A stretch of DNA of 64,000 bases from an uncultured Clostridia bacterium (lineage in GTDB: Bacteria; Bacillota; Clostridia; Oscillospirales; Acutalibacteraceae): the NCBI GenBank assembly GCA_958436475.1, contig CAUBKG010000001.1, positions 18,069 to 82,068 on the forward strand. Direction: 5' to 3'. The first letter of the stretch is position 1; the number at the start of each line of letters is the position of its first letter. Below are positions 48,853-58,918 of this stretch, piece after piece. The notes under the pieces were generated by a model. It did not search any database, had not been told where the DNA came from, and saw only the letters and a list, made by a program, of their open reading frames with translations. The position numbers were made by a program, and so were the translations under genes.

Positions 48853-49932
48853 TCAGAAGTTATTTGTAAAAATACTCGCAGAGGCTTCCAGGAACTTCTT
48901 CAATTGCTCCTTATCTGTGCACTTTTCCATCGCCGTGGAAAGCGTGATGACTCCCTCTTCCACGAGCTGGGCCAAAGAGGCATCCAAAAGGATCATTCCC
49001 TGCTTGCGGCCGGTCTGGATGGCGGAGGGAATCTGATGCCCCTTGCTCTCGCGGATCATGTTGCTGATGGCGTCGTTCGCCACCATAATTTCAAAGGCCG
49101 CCGTTCTGCCGGTGCCGTCTGCCTTCGGGAGAATCTGCTGGGTTGCAACACCCTTGAGAACCGATGCGAGCTGAATACGGACCTGCTGCTGCTGATGGGG
49201 CGGGAAAACGTCTATAATACGGTCGATGGTGTTGGCCGCACCGATGGTGTGCAGGGTGGAAAAGACCAAATGGCCGGTTTCCGCCGCGGTAAGAGCCGCG
49301 CTGATCGTTTCGAAATCGCGCATTTCCCCCACGAGGATAACGTCCGGATCTTCACGGAGGGCGGCGCGCAGGGCCTGCTCGTAAGAGGGCACATCCACCC
49401 CGAGCTCACGCTGATGGATCATGGCCATCCGGTGGTGGTGCTCATACTCGATCGGGTCCTCTACCGTGATGACATGGCAGTTTCGGTGAGCGTTTATGTA
49501 ACCGGTGATTGCAGCCAGAGACGTGGATTTACCGCTTCCGGTCGGGCCGGTAATCAGTACAAGGCCGCGCGGAAGCATGGCGAAGTCTTTAAAAACCTCC
49601 GGCAGATGGAGCTCCTCCAACGTGGGAATATCTTCCCTCAGGAGACGGATCGCCGCGGCGAGCTGCCCTTTCTGGTGATAAATATTCACCCTGTAACGGC
49701 GTTTCAGAGCATCTGCATAGGCAAAGTCCAAATCCTCGCCTGCGTCCAGCCTTTTGCGCTGTTCCTCGTTTATCATGGAAAGGATGAGGCGGCGGTTTTC
49801 TTCACTGTCTATCTCGTTGCTGAATTTTGTGAGGCTGCCCAGCTTCCGCACGATGGGAGGAAGGTCCATGGTGAGATGGAGGTCGGAACAATCTTCATCA
49901 CGGGCGCGGTTCAGTATTTCTTCAATCGTCAT
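48853..49932 (-). CDS. pilT: type IV pilus retraction ATPase PilT
   Basis: Walker A GPTGSGKST and PilT-family Asp box/His box; 359 aa. Confidence 0.9.
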   Translation of the reverse strand: MTIEEILNRARDEDCSDLHLTMDLPPIVRKLGSLTKFSNEIDSEENRRLILSMINEEQRKRLDAGEDLDFAYADALKRRYRVNIYHQKGQLAAAIRLLREDIPTLEELHLPEVFKDFAMLPRGLVLITGPTGSGKSTSLAAITGYINAHRNCHVITVEDPIEYEHHHRMAMIHQRELGVDVPSYEQALRAALREDPDVILVGEMRDFETISAALTAAETGHLVFSTLHTIGAANTIDRIIDVFPPHQQQQVRIQLASVLKGVATQQILPKADGTGRTAAFEIMVANDAISNMIRESKGHQIPSAIQTGRKQGMILLDASLAQLVEEGVITLSTAMEKCTDKEQLKKFLEASASIFTNNF

Positions 49933-50027
49933 TTTCTGATACCTTTCCCAGCACAGAAGGTAAAGTGTATGGATACGGCTCCGCCTCCCTGTGCCGCCGG
50001 AGACAGGCCGGAAACTACCGGAAAGTA

Positions 50028-51728
50028 CTAATCGATTGAATAGGTCGTTTTAATCAGCTCGTCAATGGACGTGCGGCCGTCCAGCACCATCTCGCTCATA
50101 TTCTGGCGGAGGAGCTTGGTGCCCTTGGAAACGGCGTATTCCTCGAGCTCCTGCGAGGTGGCTCCGAGGAAGATCATGCTGCGCATATCCGGGTCAATGA
50201 GAATGATTTCGTGGATTGCTGTTCTTCCCTTATGGCCGGTATTGTTGCATTCCGGGCAGCCCTCGGAACGATAGATCGGCACCGGATGATCCACGCCCAG
50301 GAGCTTCTGCTCCTCCGCGTTGGCCATATATTCCTTCTTGCAGTGCGGGCAGTTGAGCTTTACCAGGCGCTGCGCAATGATGCCGTTGACCGAAGAGCCG
50401 ACCAGATATGGCTCGATTCCCATATTGACCAGACGGATAATGGCCGAAGAAGCATCGTTGGTATGGAGGGTGGAAAGCACCAGATGGCCGGTGATGGCGG
50501 ACCGCATGGCGATTTCCGCCGTTTCCGAGTCTCGGATTTCACCGATGAGGATGACATCCGGGTCCTGACGGAGAATGGAGCGCAGGCCGGAGGCAAAGGT
50601 AAGCCCCGCTTTTGCGTTCACATGCACCTGATTGACCCCTGGAATCTCCATTTCGACCGGGTCTTCTACCGTTACGATGTTGATTTTAGGGCTGCGGATC
50701 GCGTCGAGTGCGGCGTAAAGCGTGGTGGTTTTACCGCTTCCGGTCGGGCCGGTCACCAGGATGATGCCGGTAGAGCATTTGATGAGCTTGTTGAACATCA
50801 CGCGGTTATATTCGCTCATGCCCAGCTCTTCGATTTTCCGGATCTTCTGCTTCTGCCCGCCCAAGATACGCATAACCACCTTTTCGCCATTGGTGGTGGG
50901 AAGGCTGGAAACACGGATATCGATCTTAGAATCGTCTCCCATATCGAATTCAAAGCGGCCGTCCAGCGGGATGCGGCGCTCTGCAATATTCATGTTGCCG
51001 AGTATCTTGAGGCGCGTCACGAGCGAGGAATGCACGCTCTTTGCAAGGCGCATGTCCTCCACGAGGTCGCCGTCGATACGCATGCGCACCACCGTAGCGT
51101 TTTCTTCCGGCTCGATATGGATATCGCTCGCGTTCTTCTGAAAGGCTTTCAGGATAATGGTGTTCACGAGCTTTACGACCGGCGCGTTATCCACGCGTTC
51201 CTCCGCCTGCTGTACCTCTTCTGCCTCTTCCTCTTCTTCCGCCTCATCTTCCACGATGAATTCCTCATCGATGGTGCTGAGCGTTTTCTTCATAGAGGTT
51301 TCCGTATAGGCGTTTTTTATGATTTCTTCAATATCCGATTCCGCCGCGAGGAAGGGTTCCACTTCCATGGCGCAAACGGACTTGATTTCATCCATCGCAT
51401 AGAAGTTGAGCGGATCGGTGGTAGCGACCAGAAGCTCGCCGTTCTGCACATCGAAGGGGACGGCGCTGTGCTTGCGGGCTGTGGATTCCGGCAGAAGCCT
51501 TACGGCCTCCGCATTGACCGGCATGGTGTCCTTATCGAACAGGGGAACCATAAAGCGCTTTGCAAGCGCTTCCAGAAGCTGACGGCCGGTAATCAGTTCG
51601 TTCTGAACGAGCAGCTCGCCCAAACGCGTGCCGGGGTTTTCTTTCTGCAGTTCAATGGCCGCGGCGAGCTGTTCCCTCGTCAGCGCGCCCATATTAACTA
51701 AGATTTGACCTAAGGGAATATTTCTCAT
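50028..51728 (-). CDS. pilB: type IV pilus assembly ATPase PilB (GspE family)
   Basis: Walker A GPTGSGKTTT and the tetracysteine CPHC..CPEC motif; 566 aa. Confidence 0.9.
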   Translation of the reverse strand: MRNIPLGQILVNMGALTREQLAAAIELQKENPGTRLGELLVQNELITGRQLLEALAKRFMVPLFDKDTMPVNAEAVRLLPESTARKHSAVPFDVQNGELLVATTDPLNFYAMDEIKSVCAMEVEPFLAAESDIEEIIKNAYTETSMKKTLSTIDEEFIVEDEAEEEEEAEEVQQAEERVDNAPVVKLVNTIILKAFQKNASDIHIEPEENATVVRMRIDGDLVEDMRLAKSVHSSLVTRLKILGNMNIAERRIPLDGRFEFDMGDDSKIDIRVSSLPTTNGEKVVMRILGGQKQKIRKIEELGMSEYNRVMFNKLIKCSTGIILVTGPTGSGKTTTLYAALDAIRSPKINIVTVEDPVEMEIPGVNQVHVNAKAGLTFASGLRSILRQDPDVILIGEIRDSETAEIAMRSAITGHLVLSTLHTNDASSAIIRLVNMGIEPYLVGSSVNGIIAQRLVKLNCPHCKKEYMANAEEQKLLGVDHPVPIYRSEGCPECNNTGHKGRTAIHEIILIDPDMRSMIFLGATSQELEEYAVSKGTKLLRQNMSEMVLDGRTSIDELIKTTYSID

Positions 51729-51796
51729 TTGCTGTAAACCTCCGTTGATAAATCCACTGCACTTTGTTACAATGGAAGAAACTTTCTGAAAGGCAA

Positions 51797-52555
51797 GTGA
51801 ACCAAACCGTGAATATCGTATTTGGCCTGTTTTACCTTTTGTTTGGACTGCTGATCGGCAGTTTTCTCAATGTATGTATTTACCGCATTCCCAGAAAGGA
51901 ATCCATTGCCTTCGGGCGCTCCCAATGCACGACCTGCAATGAGCCGATCAAGGCTTATGATCTGATCCCAGTGGTGAGCTTCCTTTTTTTAAGGGGTAAG
52001 TGCCGGAACTGCGGTTCAAAAATCTCAGCAAGATATCCCCTCATTGAAACGCTGACTGGGATTTTATTTCTGCTGAGTTATTTGTTCTTTGGACCAACGC
52101 TCAAAAGCCTGCTGTTCTGCGCTTTTTTCGCGGTGCTCGTGGTGCTGGCGCTTATCGACTTCGATACGCAAGAAATCCCCAATCGCCTGATTATTGCCAT
52201 TGCAGTGCTTGCCGCGGCGGCTGTTTTTGTGGAGCCGGAAATCTCGATATGGAGCCGCGTGATCGGGTTTTTCATTGTGAGCGTTCCGATCCTCCTGCTG
52301 GTTCTGCTGGGAGGCATGGGAGGCGGAGACCTGAAGCTGATGGCGGTTTCCGGCTTCCTGCTCGGCGCTAAGCTGATTGTGGTGGCCGCGCTGTTCGGCG
52401 TGCTGATTGGAGGGGCGGCCGGCGCAGTGATATTAATAAGAAAAAAGACGGGCGGTAAGGCGAAGATGGCGTTTGGCCCCAGCCTTGCCGCGGGTCTTGT
52501 TCTGGCTTCTCTGTTCGGCAATGCGATTGCAGACGGCTATTTCGCTCTATTCTGA
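51797..52555 (+). CDS. pilD: prepilin peptidase (A24 family)
   Basis: GSFLNVCIYRIP and the catalytic-Asp D..D region. It is on the strand opposite to the rest of the pilus cluster. I propose a GTG start at 51797 with a GAAAGG RBS; the track start at 51764 is TTG. Confidence 0.78.
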   Translation: MNQTVNIVFGLFYLLFGLLIGSFLNVCIYRIPRKESIAFGRSQCTTCNEPIKAYDLIPVVSFLFLRGKCRNCGSKISARYPLIETLTGILFLLSYLFFGPTLKSLLFCAFFAVLVVLALIDFDTQEIPNRLIIAIAVLAAAAVFVEPEISIWSRVIGFFIVSVPILLLVLLGGMGGGDLKLMAVSGFLLGAKLIVVAALFGVLIGGAAGAVILIRKKTGGKAKMAFGPSLAAGLVLASLFGNAIADGYFALF

Positions 52556-53104
52556 CGCCGCGTGCTCATACACAACGCGGTCGCAAGTCTCCGATACGGG
52601 CCCGGATATGCCTGCGCCATCCGTCATTTCCATCGAAAACATATTGATGGATTTGGAGGTAGAATAGAGCACTGTGGTGCGCGGCGGATTATACACCCGC
52701 ACATCCAGCTTCATAACGGTATCGGAAACCTTGGTGAATTCCATCTCCGCGCGGAGCTTATTATACATCGTATCCTGCAAAAGATCGGTGATTTCCGAGC
52801 CCTCCTGCACCTTCACGCGGTCGGTTGAAGTATCGTTGAAAATCATGCGCTCGCCTGCCGCCGGTGCGGCGGAGGGATCGTTCGAAAGCTCGGCTTTCAT
52901 CGTAAAAATCAATTCATCGCTCGCCTTTGCAATCAGGTTTGCGCTGAGGTCCTGCGCATAGTTCACCTGGATCGCCTTGTTATACACCTTATTGATGTTG
53001 ACAAAGGCGGTCATAAGCGCAATGGTGATGATGGAAAAAATCGCCACGCTGATGATGACTTCCAGAAGGGTAAACCCTTTTTTCTCTTTTAATTTATGCA
53101 GCAT
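52547..53104 (-). CDS. minor pilin / pseudopilin (prepilin-type N-terminal cleavage/methylation domain)
   Basis: KKG|FTLLEVIISVAIF class III signal. Confidence 0.7.
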   Translation of the reverse strand: MLHKLKEKKGFTLLEVIISVAIFSIITIALMTAFVNINKVYNKAIQVNYAQDLSANLIAKASDELIFTMKAELSNDPSAAPAAGERMIFNDTSTDRVKVQEGSEITDLLQDTMYNKLRAEMEFTKVSDTVMKLDVRVYNPPRTTVLYSTSKSINMFSMEMTDGAGISGPVSETCDRVVYEHAASE

Positions 53105-53149
53105 GTGCCTTCGCTCCCTTCCGGAAAAGATAAGGGCCTTTCCCGAACG

Positions 53150-53554
53150 CTAGTTTGTTGTGGCGGGTTCCGTTGCGGGGATATAATAATCATACGTGAG
53201 GCCCGTATCCTTATCCACCACCGTTTTGTGCGTCCCTTTTCCGCCGTTGATGGTGAATACCTCGTTGCCGGCGCCGTCTCGGAACGTGATGATGTTATCT
53301 TCCTCTATGGCTTTGGTGGCCACTTCCATATTGTCTTCCGGAGCCGCCTCTTCCCCTTCCATTACGGAAGCGGCGCCGTTGCTGCTTTGCCCCTTGCGCA
53401 CCGCGCTGTTCATGGTTTGCAGGGAAAAGGTTACGAGCCCTGCAATCATCATCAGGCAAACGGCAAGGATGGCGAGGCTGACGATCAGCTCGATCAGGGA
53501 AAACCCGTCTTTGGAGAACGCCCTGCGAAGGCGCTTTATGTACCGGCTTTGCAT
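53150..53554 (-). CDS. minor pilin (prepilin-type)
   Basis: KDG|FSLIELIVSLAILAV class III signal. Confidence 0.7.
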   Translation of the reverse strand: MQSRYIKRLRRAFSKDGFSLIELIVSLAILAVCLMMIAGLVTFSLQTMNSAVRKGQSSNGAASVMEGEEAAPEDNMEVATKAIEEDNIITFRDGAGNEVFTINGGKGTHKTVVDKDTGLTYDYYIPATEPATTN

Positions 53555-53620
53555 TGCCGTTTCCTCCCTTTCCTAAAAAATCAGCGTACGCGCCGCCGGG
53601 GTTTTTCCCCGGCTTTTTTC

Positions 53621-55051
53621 TTACTTGCCGTCTCCCTTTTGGAAGCCGCCCACACTCCAGCTGGCGTTCGTGGAACTGCTGCCGCCGCCATCGGTGAAGC
53701 CGTCTTTTGGATTTTTATAAAAAACCTTAAAATTGGGCGAAGTAGCGCCCGTCATGGTTGTACCTCGAAGTCCACCATTGACTGTAAAATTTTGACCATA
53801 TAGAAATCCAACGTATTTCGTTTCATTCAAAAGATCAGTTAATAAATATCCGTTATAAACACAATTATCCTCAAATTTATAAGTAGTACTATCGGCATAA
53901 TCAATTATATATAGACGCGGCGTGACATCCGCCAAGGAACCATCACTTGATTTACGCGGGCGACCCTCCGTATCATAATATACTAAATTTCCCTCATTAT
54001 CAATTGCCTGACCGTCTTTGTTAATTAGCCTTCCAATATTTTGGGAAAAAAGAGGTTCAGCAGTTCCACCGGGCATAAGTATTAAGACATTTCCATTGTC
54101 TCCATCTGGATCATATACAATATCAAGCCCATTCGCCAATTCAATAACTTTATGGCTAGCACCTATACAATTGACAGAATCAACCAAAATGCTGACATCA
54201 CCTTTTGTAACATCTAGCCGCGGCGTTCCGTGGCTAGTGTCAACCACCTCATTCCAGGTTTTAAGATTATCAAAGGATGTTGGTGGCGGTTCAATAGGCG
54301 GATTTATTATTTCTTGATTAAAAAAGCATCGACCATTTAAACTTTTAAGCTCATTATAAGTTGTGCCAGGTGCTAGATAAAGATTCCCTGTGAGGCTCGT
54401 TGCTCCTTTCAGCTGATTATCCCCAGAAATATGAATGTTCCCCGAAAACTTGTTTTCGCCCCAACCTTCGTCATCTATTTTTGCAAATGCGGTAATGTCT
54501 CCTTTAACTGTAGTGCTGTTTATATTCATGGATGCGCTCCCCGGTCTCAATACAATCCCCCCTTCAATTGTGGCTCCATGGAGATTGATTGTCCCCGTCA
54601 TATCCAGCGCATGCGTCACCTGGAACGGCGGCTTGGTCCGGGTGATGGACCCCTCCACCTTGCTGCTGATGGAATACTTCTTGCCGTGGTCCTCGCCGGT
54701 GGCGGTAACGGATAGCTGGGGGTTATCCGGGTCGCTGTTGAGCAGCCGGAGGGTGAGGGTATAGGTGCCGTCCGCAAACTCGATGGGGTCGGAAACGAGC
54801 GTGCCGCCCGCGTTCCTGATCGCCTGGATCAGCGCATCGTCCTTCTGGGAGACGATGGAATTGAGGGCGGTTTCTATGCCGGATTTCGCATTGAAATATG
54901 CCTGCTGCCGGTTTACATCATACGTGGTCTTTTTATAGACCATCGAGGTAACGCCCGCCATTCCCACCGCAAGGATGGCAATGATGGCGAGCAGGCAGAT
55001 AGACAGCACCAGCGCACTGCCCTTTTTATCCTGAATCAGACGTTTTAGCAT
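53621..55051 (-). CDS. PilX-N-domain protein (large pilus-associated protein)
   Basis: N-terminal KKGSALVLSICLLAIIAILA...QAYFNAKSGIE matches the PilX_N pattern. A 450-aa beta-rich extracellular region follows. Confidence 0.6.
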   Translation of the reverse strand: MLKRLIQDKKGSALVLSICLLAIIAILAVGMAGVTSMVYKKTTYDVNRQQAYFNAKSGIETALNSIVSQKDDALIQAIRNAGGTLVSDPIEFADGTYTLTLRLLNSDPDNPQLSVTATGEDHGKKYSISSKVEGSITRTKPPFQVTHALDMTGTINLHGATIEGGIVLRPGSASMNINSTTVKGDITAFAKIDDEGWGENKFSGNIHISGDNQLKGATSLTGNLYLAPGTTYNELKSLNGRCFFNQEIINPPIEPPPTSFDNLKTWNEVVDTSHGTPRLDVTKGDVSILVDSVNCIGASHKVIELANGLDIVYDPDGDNGNVLILMPGGTAEPLFSQNIGRLINKDGQAIDNEGNLVYYDTEGRPRKSSDGSLADVTPRLYIIDYADSTTYKFEDNCVYNGYLLTDLLNETKYVGFLYGQNFTVNGGLRGTTMTGATSPNFKVFYKNPKDGFTDGGGSSSTNASWSVGGFQKGDGK

Positions 55052-55151
55052 AGGTTTAACCGCCTTTCGTTTGCCCTAAAGAAGCACCTTTGTATATTCG
55101 TTATGAGGGGAAGCGCCGGAGCGCTTCCCCTTAGTTTATGTTATGAATCAA

Positions 55152-55871
55152 TCAGCCCTCGGGTTCAGTGGTTTCGCTGGTGGGCTCGGGAATGGACTGT
55201 TCCAGCGAAATATCGGCCACCGCGTAAATGGAAATCTCAATATTTGTTTCGTCCTTGGATAAATCGCGGTATACCGAGGTTACTTTCAGGCCGAGCACAT
55301 TGGTTTCCAAATCGTTGCAGAGCTTTTCCACATTCGCAAAGTCCCCAAGCGTAGTCAGGGAAACCGGGCAGGTGACCACCGCCGTGGCGTCGTCTTCCTT
55401 CGTGCCGCCTGCGGCGGAGTTCTGCGCATCGTCCGTCTGGTTATATGGATACACTGCAATCATGTTTCCGCCCTCAGCTTCATACAGGGAAATGTTGCTG
55501 CCCTTATAGCCGTTTATGGAAATGGTTTTGGTTCCTAAGCCGTATTTCCCGGTCATGGAATCGATATAGCGGTCTACCTCGTACATCTTGCCGAGGTTCA
55601 TGTAGCGCGCCTTTACCTGCGGGGCTTTCGCCATGGCCTCCTCCAGTTGTTTTTCCGTTTCCGGGATACCGGCGATTACAGCCGCAGTCGACGCTTTTTC
55701 CTGCTGAAGATTCTTCAGCTTTGCCGTTTGGTTCTGCAGGGAATTGACTAAGGGCATAATGGCAAACATCACGCCGAGCACAAGGATCAAAATAACGCCC
55801 ACAACAACAAGGAGCATCTTATCCCGTTTGGTAATGGTCATGCTCGTATCGAGCTTGAATCCTCCGCTCAT
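55152..55871 (-). CDS. PilO-like pilus assembly protein
   Basis: Single TM followed by a coiled-coil. Called PilO from its position after pilN and its topology. Confidence 0.5.
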   Translation of the reverse strand: MSGGFKLDTSMTITKRDKMLLVVVGVILILVLGVMFAIMPLVNSLQNQTAKLKNLQQEKASTAAVIAGIPETEKQLEEAMAKAPQVKARYMNLGKMYEVDRYIDSMTGKYGLGTKTISINGYKGSNISLYEAEGGNMIAVYPYNQTDDAQNSAAGGTKEDDATAVVTCPVSLTTLGDFANVEKLCNDLETNVLGLKVTSVYRDLSKDETNIEISIYAVADISLEQSIPEPTSETTEPEG

Positions 55872-56479
55872 TGCTCCTCACCGCCTTCCTCAGATTCCGC
55901 CTCCGGCTCAACGCCGGGCTTAAAGGTCCCCACCGCGGAGAACTCGTAGGTAACGGCTCCGCTGGGATCGTCTACTCTGGTAACACCGCTATATGTAACA
56001 AAGCTCAGCACGCCGCTCTTTTCGAGGTTCTCCACATACTGTGCGCCGGAGAGGCGGCCGGTGGTGCGGCAGGTCAGCTCAAAGGAGCTGCCGTTCAGCG
56101 AAATTTTGGTGAAGCGTGCATCCCCCGGCAGGCACGAATGCAGGGTATCGAAGAGCTTTGAATCGTAATTCGGCTGGGAATCGAGCATCTGATTGAGGGA
56201 TTCCACCGAATCGATATAATCCTGCACCTTTTTCAGGGACTGCTTCTTTTCAATGGCCTCGGCCTTCTGCTGCACCGTACTCGGAGACTTGAGGTAAGCT
56301 TCCACCCCGGCGACCCTGGCATCCAGCGTGATACGCCATATGCTCAGGACCAGCAAGGGAACCAGGATGACCACTGCCGCGATCAGCAGCGGGTAAAAGG
56401 AACGGAAGGCTTTGCCGGGCTGTTTTACGATTCCGTTTTCGATCTCGATGCCACGGAACAGGTTGATATTGCGTTTCAT
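55868..56479 (-). CDS. PilN-like pilus assembly protein
   Basis: N-terminal INLF motif followed by a TM, and its position after pilM. Confidence 0.6.
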   Translation of the reverse strand: MKRNINLFRGIEIENGIVKQPGKAFRSFYPLLIAAVVILVPLLVLSIWRITLDARVAGVEAYLKSPSTVQQKAEAIEKKQSLKKVQDYIDSVESLNQMLDSQPNYDSKLFDTLHSCLPGDARFTKISLNGSSFELTCRTTGRLSGAQYVENLEKSGVLSFVTYSGVTRVDDPSGAVTYEFSAVGTFKPGVEPEAESEEGGEEQ

Positions 56480-56505
56480 AGGTTAAACTCTCTCCTCTCT
56501 CACCG

Positions 56506-57429
56506 TCAGTTCCTGATGATTGCACCTATGGAACAGCAATATTGGGCGGCGTCGATGTCGTTATCATTCTGGACGAACTCGGGGTTCTCGACCATTTTTG
56601 ACTTCACGCCGAAGCTTCTTGCGATATCGCCGACCATCTTTTTATACGGTTCGAACGCTTTGGTATAATAAATCGTTTTGACCGATTTGTTCCCCGCCTG
56701 CGAACGCAGGAACACCATTGTTTTGGAAATGTTCTGCGTGGTTTTGCGGGTGAGGTTCATCTGCCGCTTCTCGTCCTCTTCGATCTCCTTGCCGCCGATT
56801 TGGATGTTGCGCGCAACAACCTTGGTATTGGAATCGACTAAGACGATCATTTCAAAATCATCGTGCATATCGAGGATGATATACGGGTCGTATTCAATAA
56901 TATAATGCTGCATGAAATTCATGAGGCAGTTATGGCTGACGTCCAGCGCAGCCGGGGTAAGGCCCGCCGCTTTGACGGTTTCCTTCAGGCGCTGCACGGC
57001 CTCCAGCGACGCGGTGGTTGCGGAAACGCGGTAATAGGTACCGGTATCCCTCTGCTCCTCGTTCAGAATGGCATAGTCGACCGAATAGCTCTGCTCCGGA
57101 TTCACCACCTGCATAATTTCGTTCTGGACCAAACGCTCCAGCTCGCGCGGCTTGCATTTCGGTAAAAACATCTCGCGGAAGGAAACGCTCGGGCCATACA
57201 TGGCAACATATGCATTCTTGGTTTTGATGGCATGATTGTCGAGCGCCTTGCGAAGACGGCTTCCCACCTGACCGGGCTGCAGGACAACACCATCCTGCAC
57301 GGCGTCCGCCGGCGTGGGAACGGATATCGCTTTCACGACCTTCACCGTGTAACCGCCGGTCGTTTCGCCTTCAATAATATCGATCGTTTTTTCGTTGATG
57401 AATATTCCGAGATTCAAGAAGCAACACAT
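56506..57429 (-). CDS. pilM: type IV pilus assembly protein PilM (actin-like ATPase fold)
   Basis: Size and position. The N-terminal LGIFINEKTIDII resembles the PilM GIDIGS region. Confidence 0.7.
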   Translation of the reverse strand: MCCFLNLGIFINEKTIDIIEGETTGGYTVKVVKAISVPTPADAVQDGVVLQPGQVGSRLRKALDNHAIKTKNAYVAMYGPSVSFREMFLPKCKPRELERLVQNEIMQVVNPEQSYSVDYAILNEEQRDTGTYYRVSATTASLEAVQRLKETVKAAGLTPAALDVSHNCLMNFMQHYIIEYDPYIILDMHDDFEMIVLVDSNTKVVARNIQIGGKEIEEDEKRQMNLTRKTTQNISKTMVFLRSQAGNKSVKTIYYTKAFEPYKKMVGDIARSFGVKSKMVENPEFVQNDNDIDAAQYCCSIGAIIRN

Positions 57430-57473
57430 CCTAACTTACAAATTAAAGGGAATTCCGATTTCATACAAAACGG

Positions 57474-58751
57474 TTACGCGTTTCCTACCTGCTCATACAT
57501 GCCGAACATTGGCAGCATTACAGAGAGGATGATCAAAAGGACGATAACGCCGAGGATGACGATCATGATCGGCTCAATGAGAGAAACCATGCGCTTTAAT
57601 GCGTTTTCCGCCTCATCATCGAAATACGAAGCGGTTTTGTCCAGCACTGTGCCGAGGTTGCCGGATTCCTCGCCGATATACACCATGGAATTGAACATGG
57701 GGTCGAATACGTCCACATCGTTGATAACCGTGCCGAGCGATTCACCGTGTTTCAGGCGTTCAATAGCCGCGCCCATGCGGTTGGATATGTAAGTGTTATT
57801 GAGCACCTTGGTGCTGATCTCCAGCGATTCTACGATGGAAACACCGCTGGTATACAAGGTGGAAAGGGTCCGCGCACAGCGCGCCGTATAAACCACGCGC
57901 AGGAGCTTGCCGAATACCGGGATGCGTATCTTCCATTCGTCTATCGTGAGCCGCACCGCGGGGATCTTCTTAATGTAATAAACGGCGCCCACGATACCGA
58001 TGACGATAATCAGGCAAAGCCACCAGTAATGAATCAGGAAATCGCTCATGTTTACCATGAACTGCGTGAGGGCAGGAATTTCCATTCCATTGTACATAGC
58101 AACGAATTTCGGAATAATGAAGGTCATGAGAAGCAGCACAACGGCAACAGCCATGCATACCAGGATGATCGGGTATATCATGGCATTGCGCACCTGGTTT
58201 TTCAGGCGGTTGTCTTTCTCATAATGGTCGGCCATCTTGAGCATAACGGAATCGAGCGTGCCGCCCGTTTCGCCCGATTCAATCATATTAATGAGAAGCA
58301 CGGGAAAGGCGGAGCCGAGCTTGCGCATTGCCGCGGAAAGCAGCTGCCCCTTCTGCACCGCCTCATACAGCATGAGAAGGCACTCTTTGTATTTTTTATT
58401 TTCCGCCTTCTGATAAAGGATATTGAGCGCACGCACAATGGTGATACCGGCGGAAAGCATGGCGGAAAGCTGACGGCAGAAGATAACGATCTCCTTCGAT
58501 TTCAGCTTATAGGAAACGCCGTCGCCCGCGTTCGCCGCCGCAGCCGTGCGAAGCGACGCTTCCGCGCCATCGCCGGAAACCTGGTAATCCAAACAAAACT
58601 GCTGCTTCTCCCGCAGGATCTGATAAAACTCCTGATAATTGTTCGCAACAACAGACGACTTTATTTTTTTGCCGTTCGCGTCTTTTGCCGTGTATTGATA
58701 AACAGCCACAAAATCCCCCCTACCGGATTTAGGAACACGCCCTTCTTGCAT
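57474..58751 (-). CDS. pilC: type IV pilus platform protein PilC (GspF family)
   Basis: Two GspF repeats, three TM helices, 425 aa. Confidence 0.9.
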   Translation of the reverse strand: MQEGRVPKSGRGDFVAVYQYTAKDANGKKIKSSVVANNYQEFYQILREKQQFCLDYQVSGDGAEASLRTAAAANAGDGVSYKLKSKEIVIFCRQLSAMLSAGITIVRALNILYQKAENKKYKECLLMLYEAVQKGQLLSAAMRKLGSAFPVLLINMIESGETGGTLDSVMLKMADHYEKDNRLKNQVRNAMIYPIILVCMAVAVVLLLMTFIIPKFVAMYNGMEIPALTQFMVNMSDFLIHYWWLCLIIVIGIVGAVYYIKKIPAVRLTIDEWKIRIPVFGKLLRVVYTARCARTLSTLYTSGVSIVESLEISTKVLNNTYISNRMGAAIERLKHGESLGTVINDVDVFDPMFNSMVYIGEESGNLGTVLDKTASYFDDEAENALKRMVSLIEPIMIVILGVIVLLIILSVMLPMFGMYEQVGNA

Positions 58752-58828
58752 CGAAATTTCTAATTTACTTATAAATTATATACCAAAGCACCCCAAAGTG
58801 GAATACACTAAAATAAAGTTCAACACAT

Positions 58829-58860
58829 TTGTATAAATTTATTACATCTTATTTATACAA
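58829..58860. promoter_or_regulatory. inverted repeat TTGTATAAAT-N12-ATTTATACAA upstream of pilC operon
   Basis: Perfect 10-bp arms, 80-110 nt upstream of the pilC start. Confidence 0.4.
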
Positions 58861-58918
58861 TCTGACTATTCAAAAAGACTTTTATTTCCTCAAACGGCAT
58901 ATTTATTTATTTTTGCAA

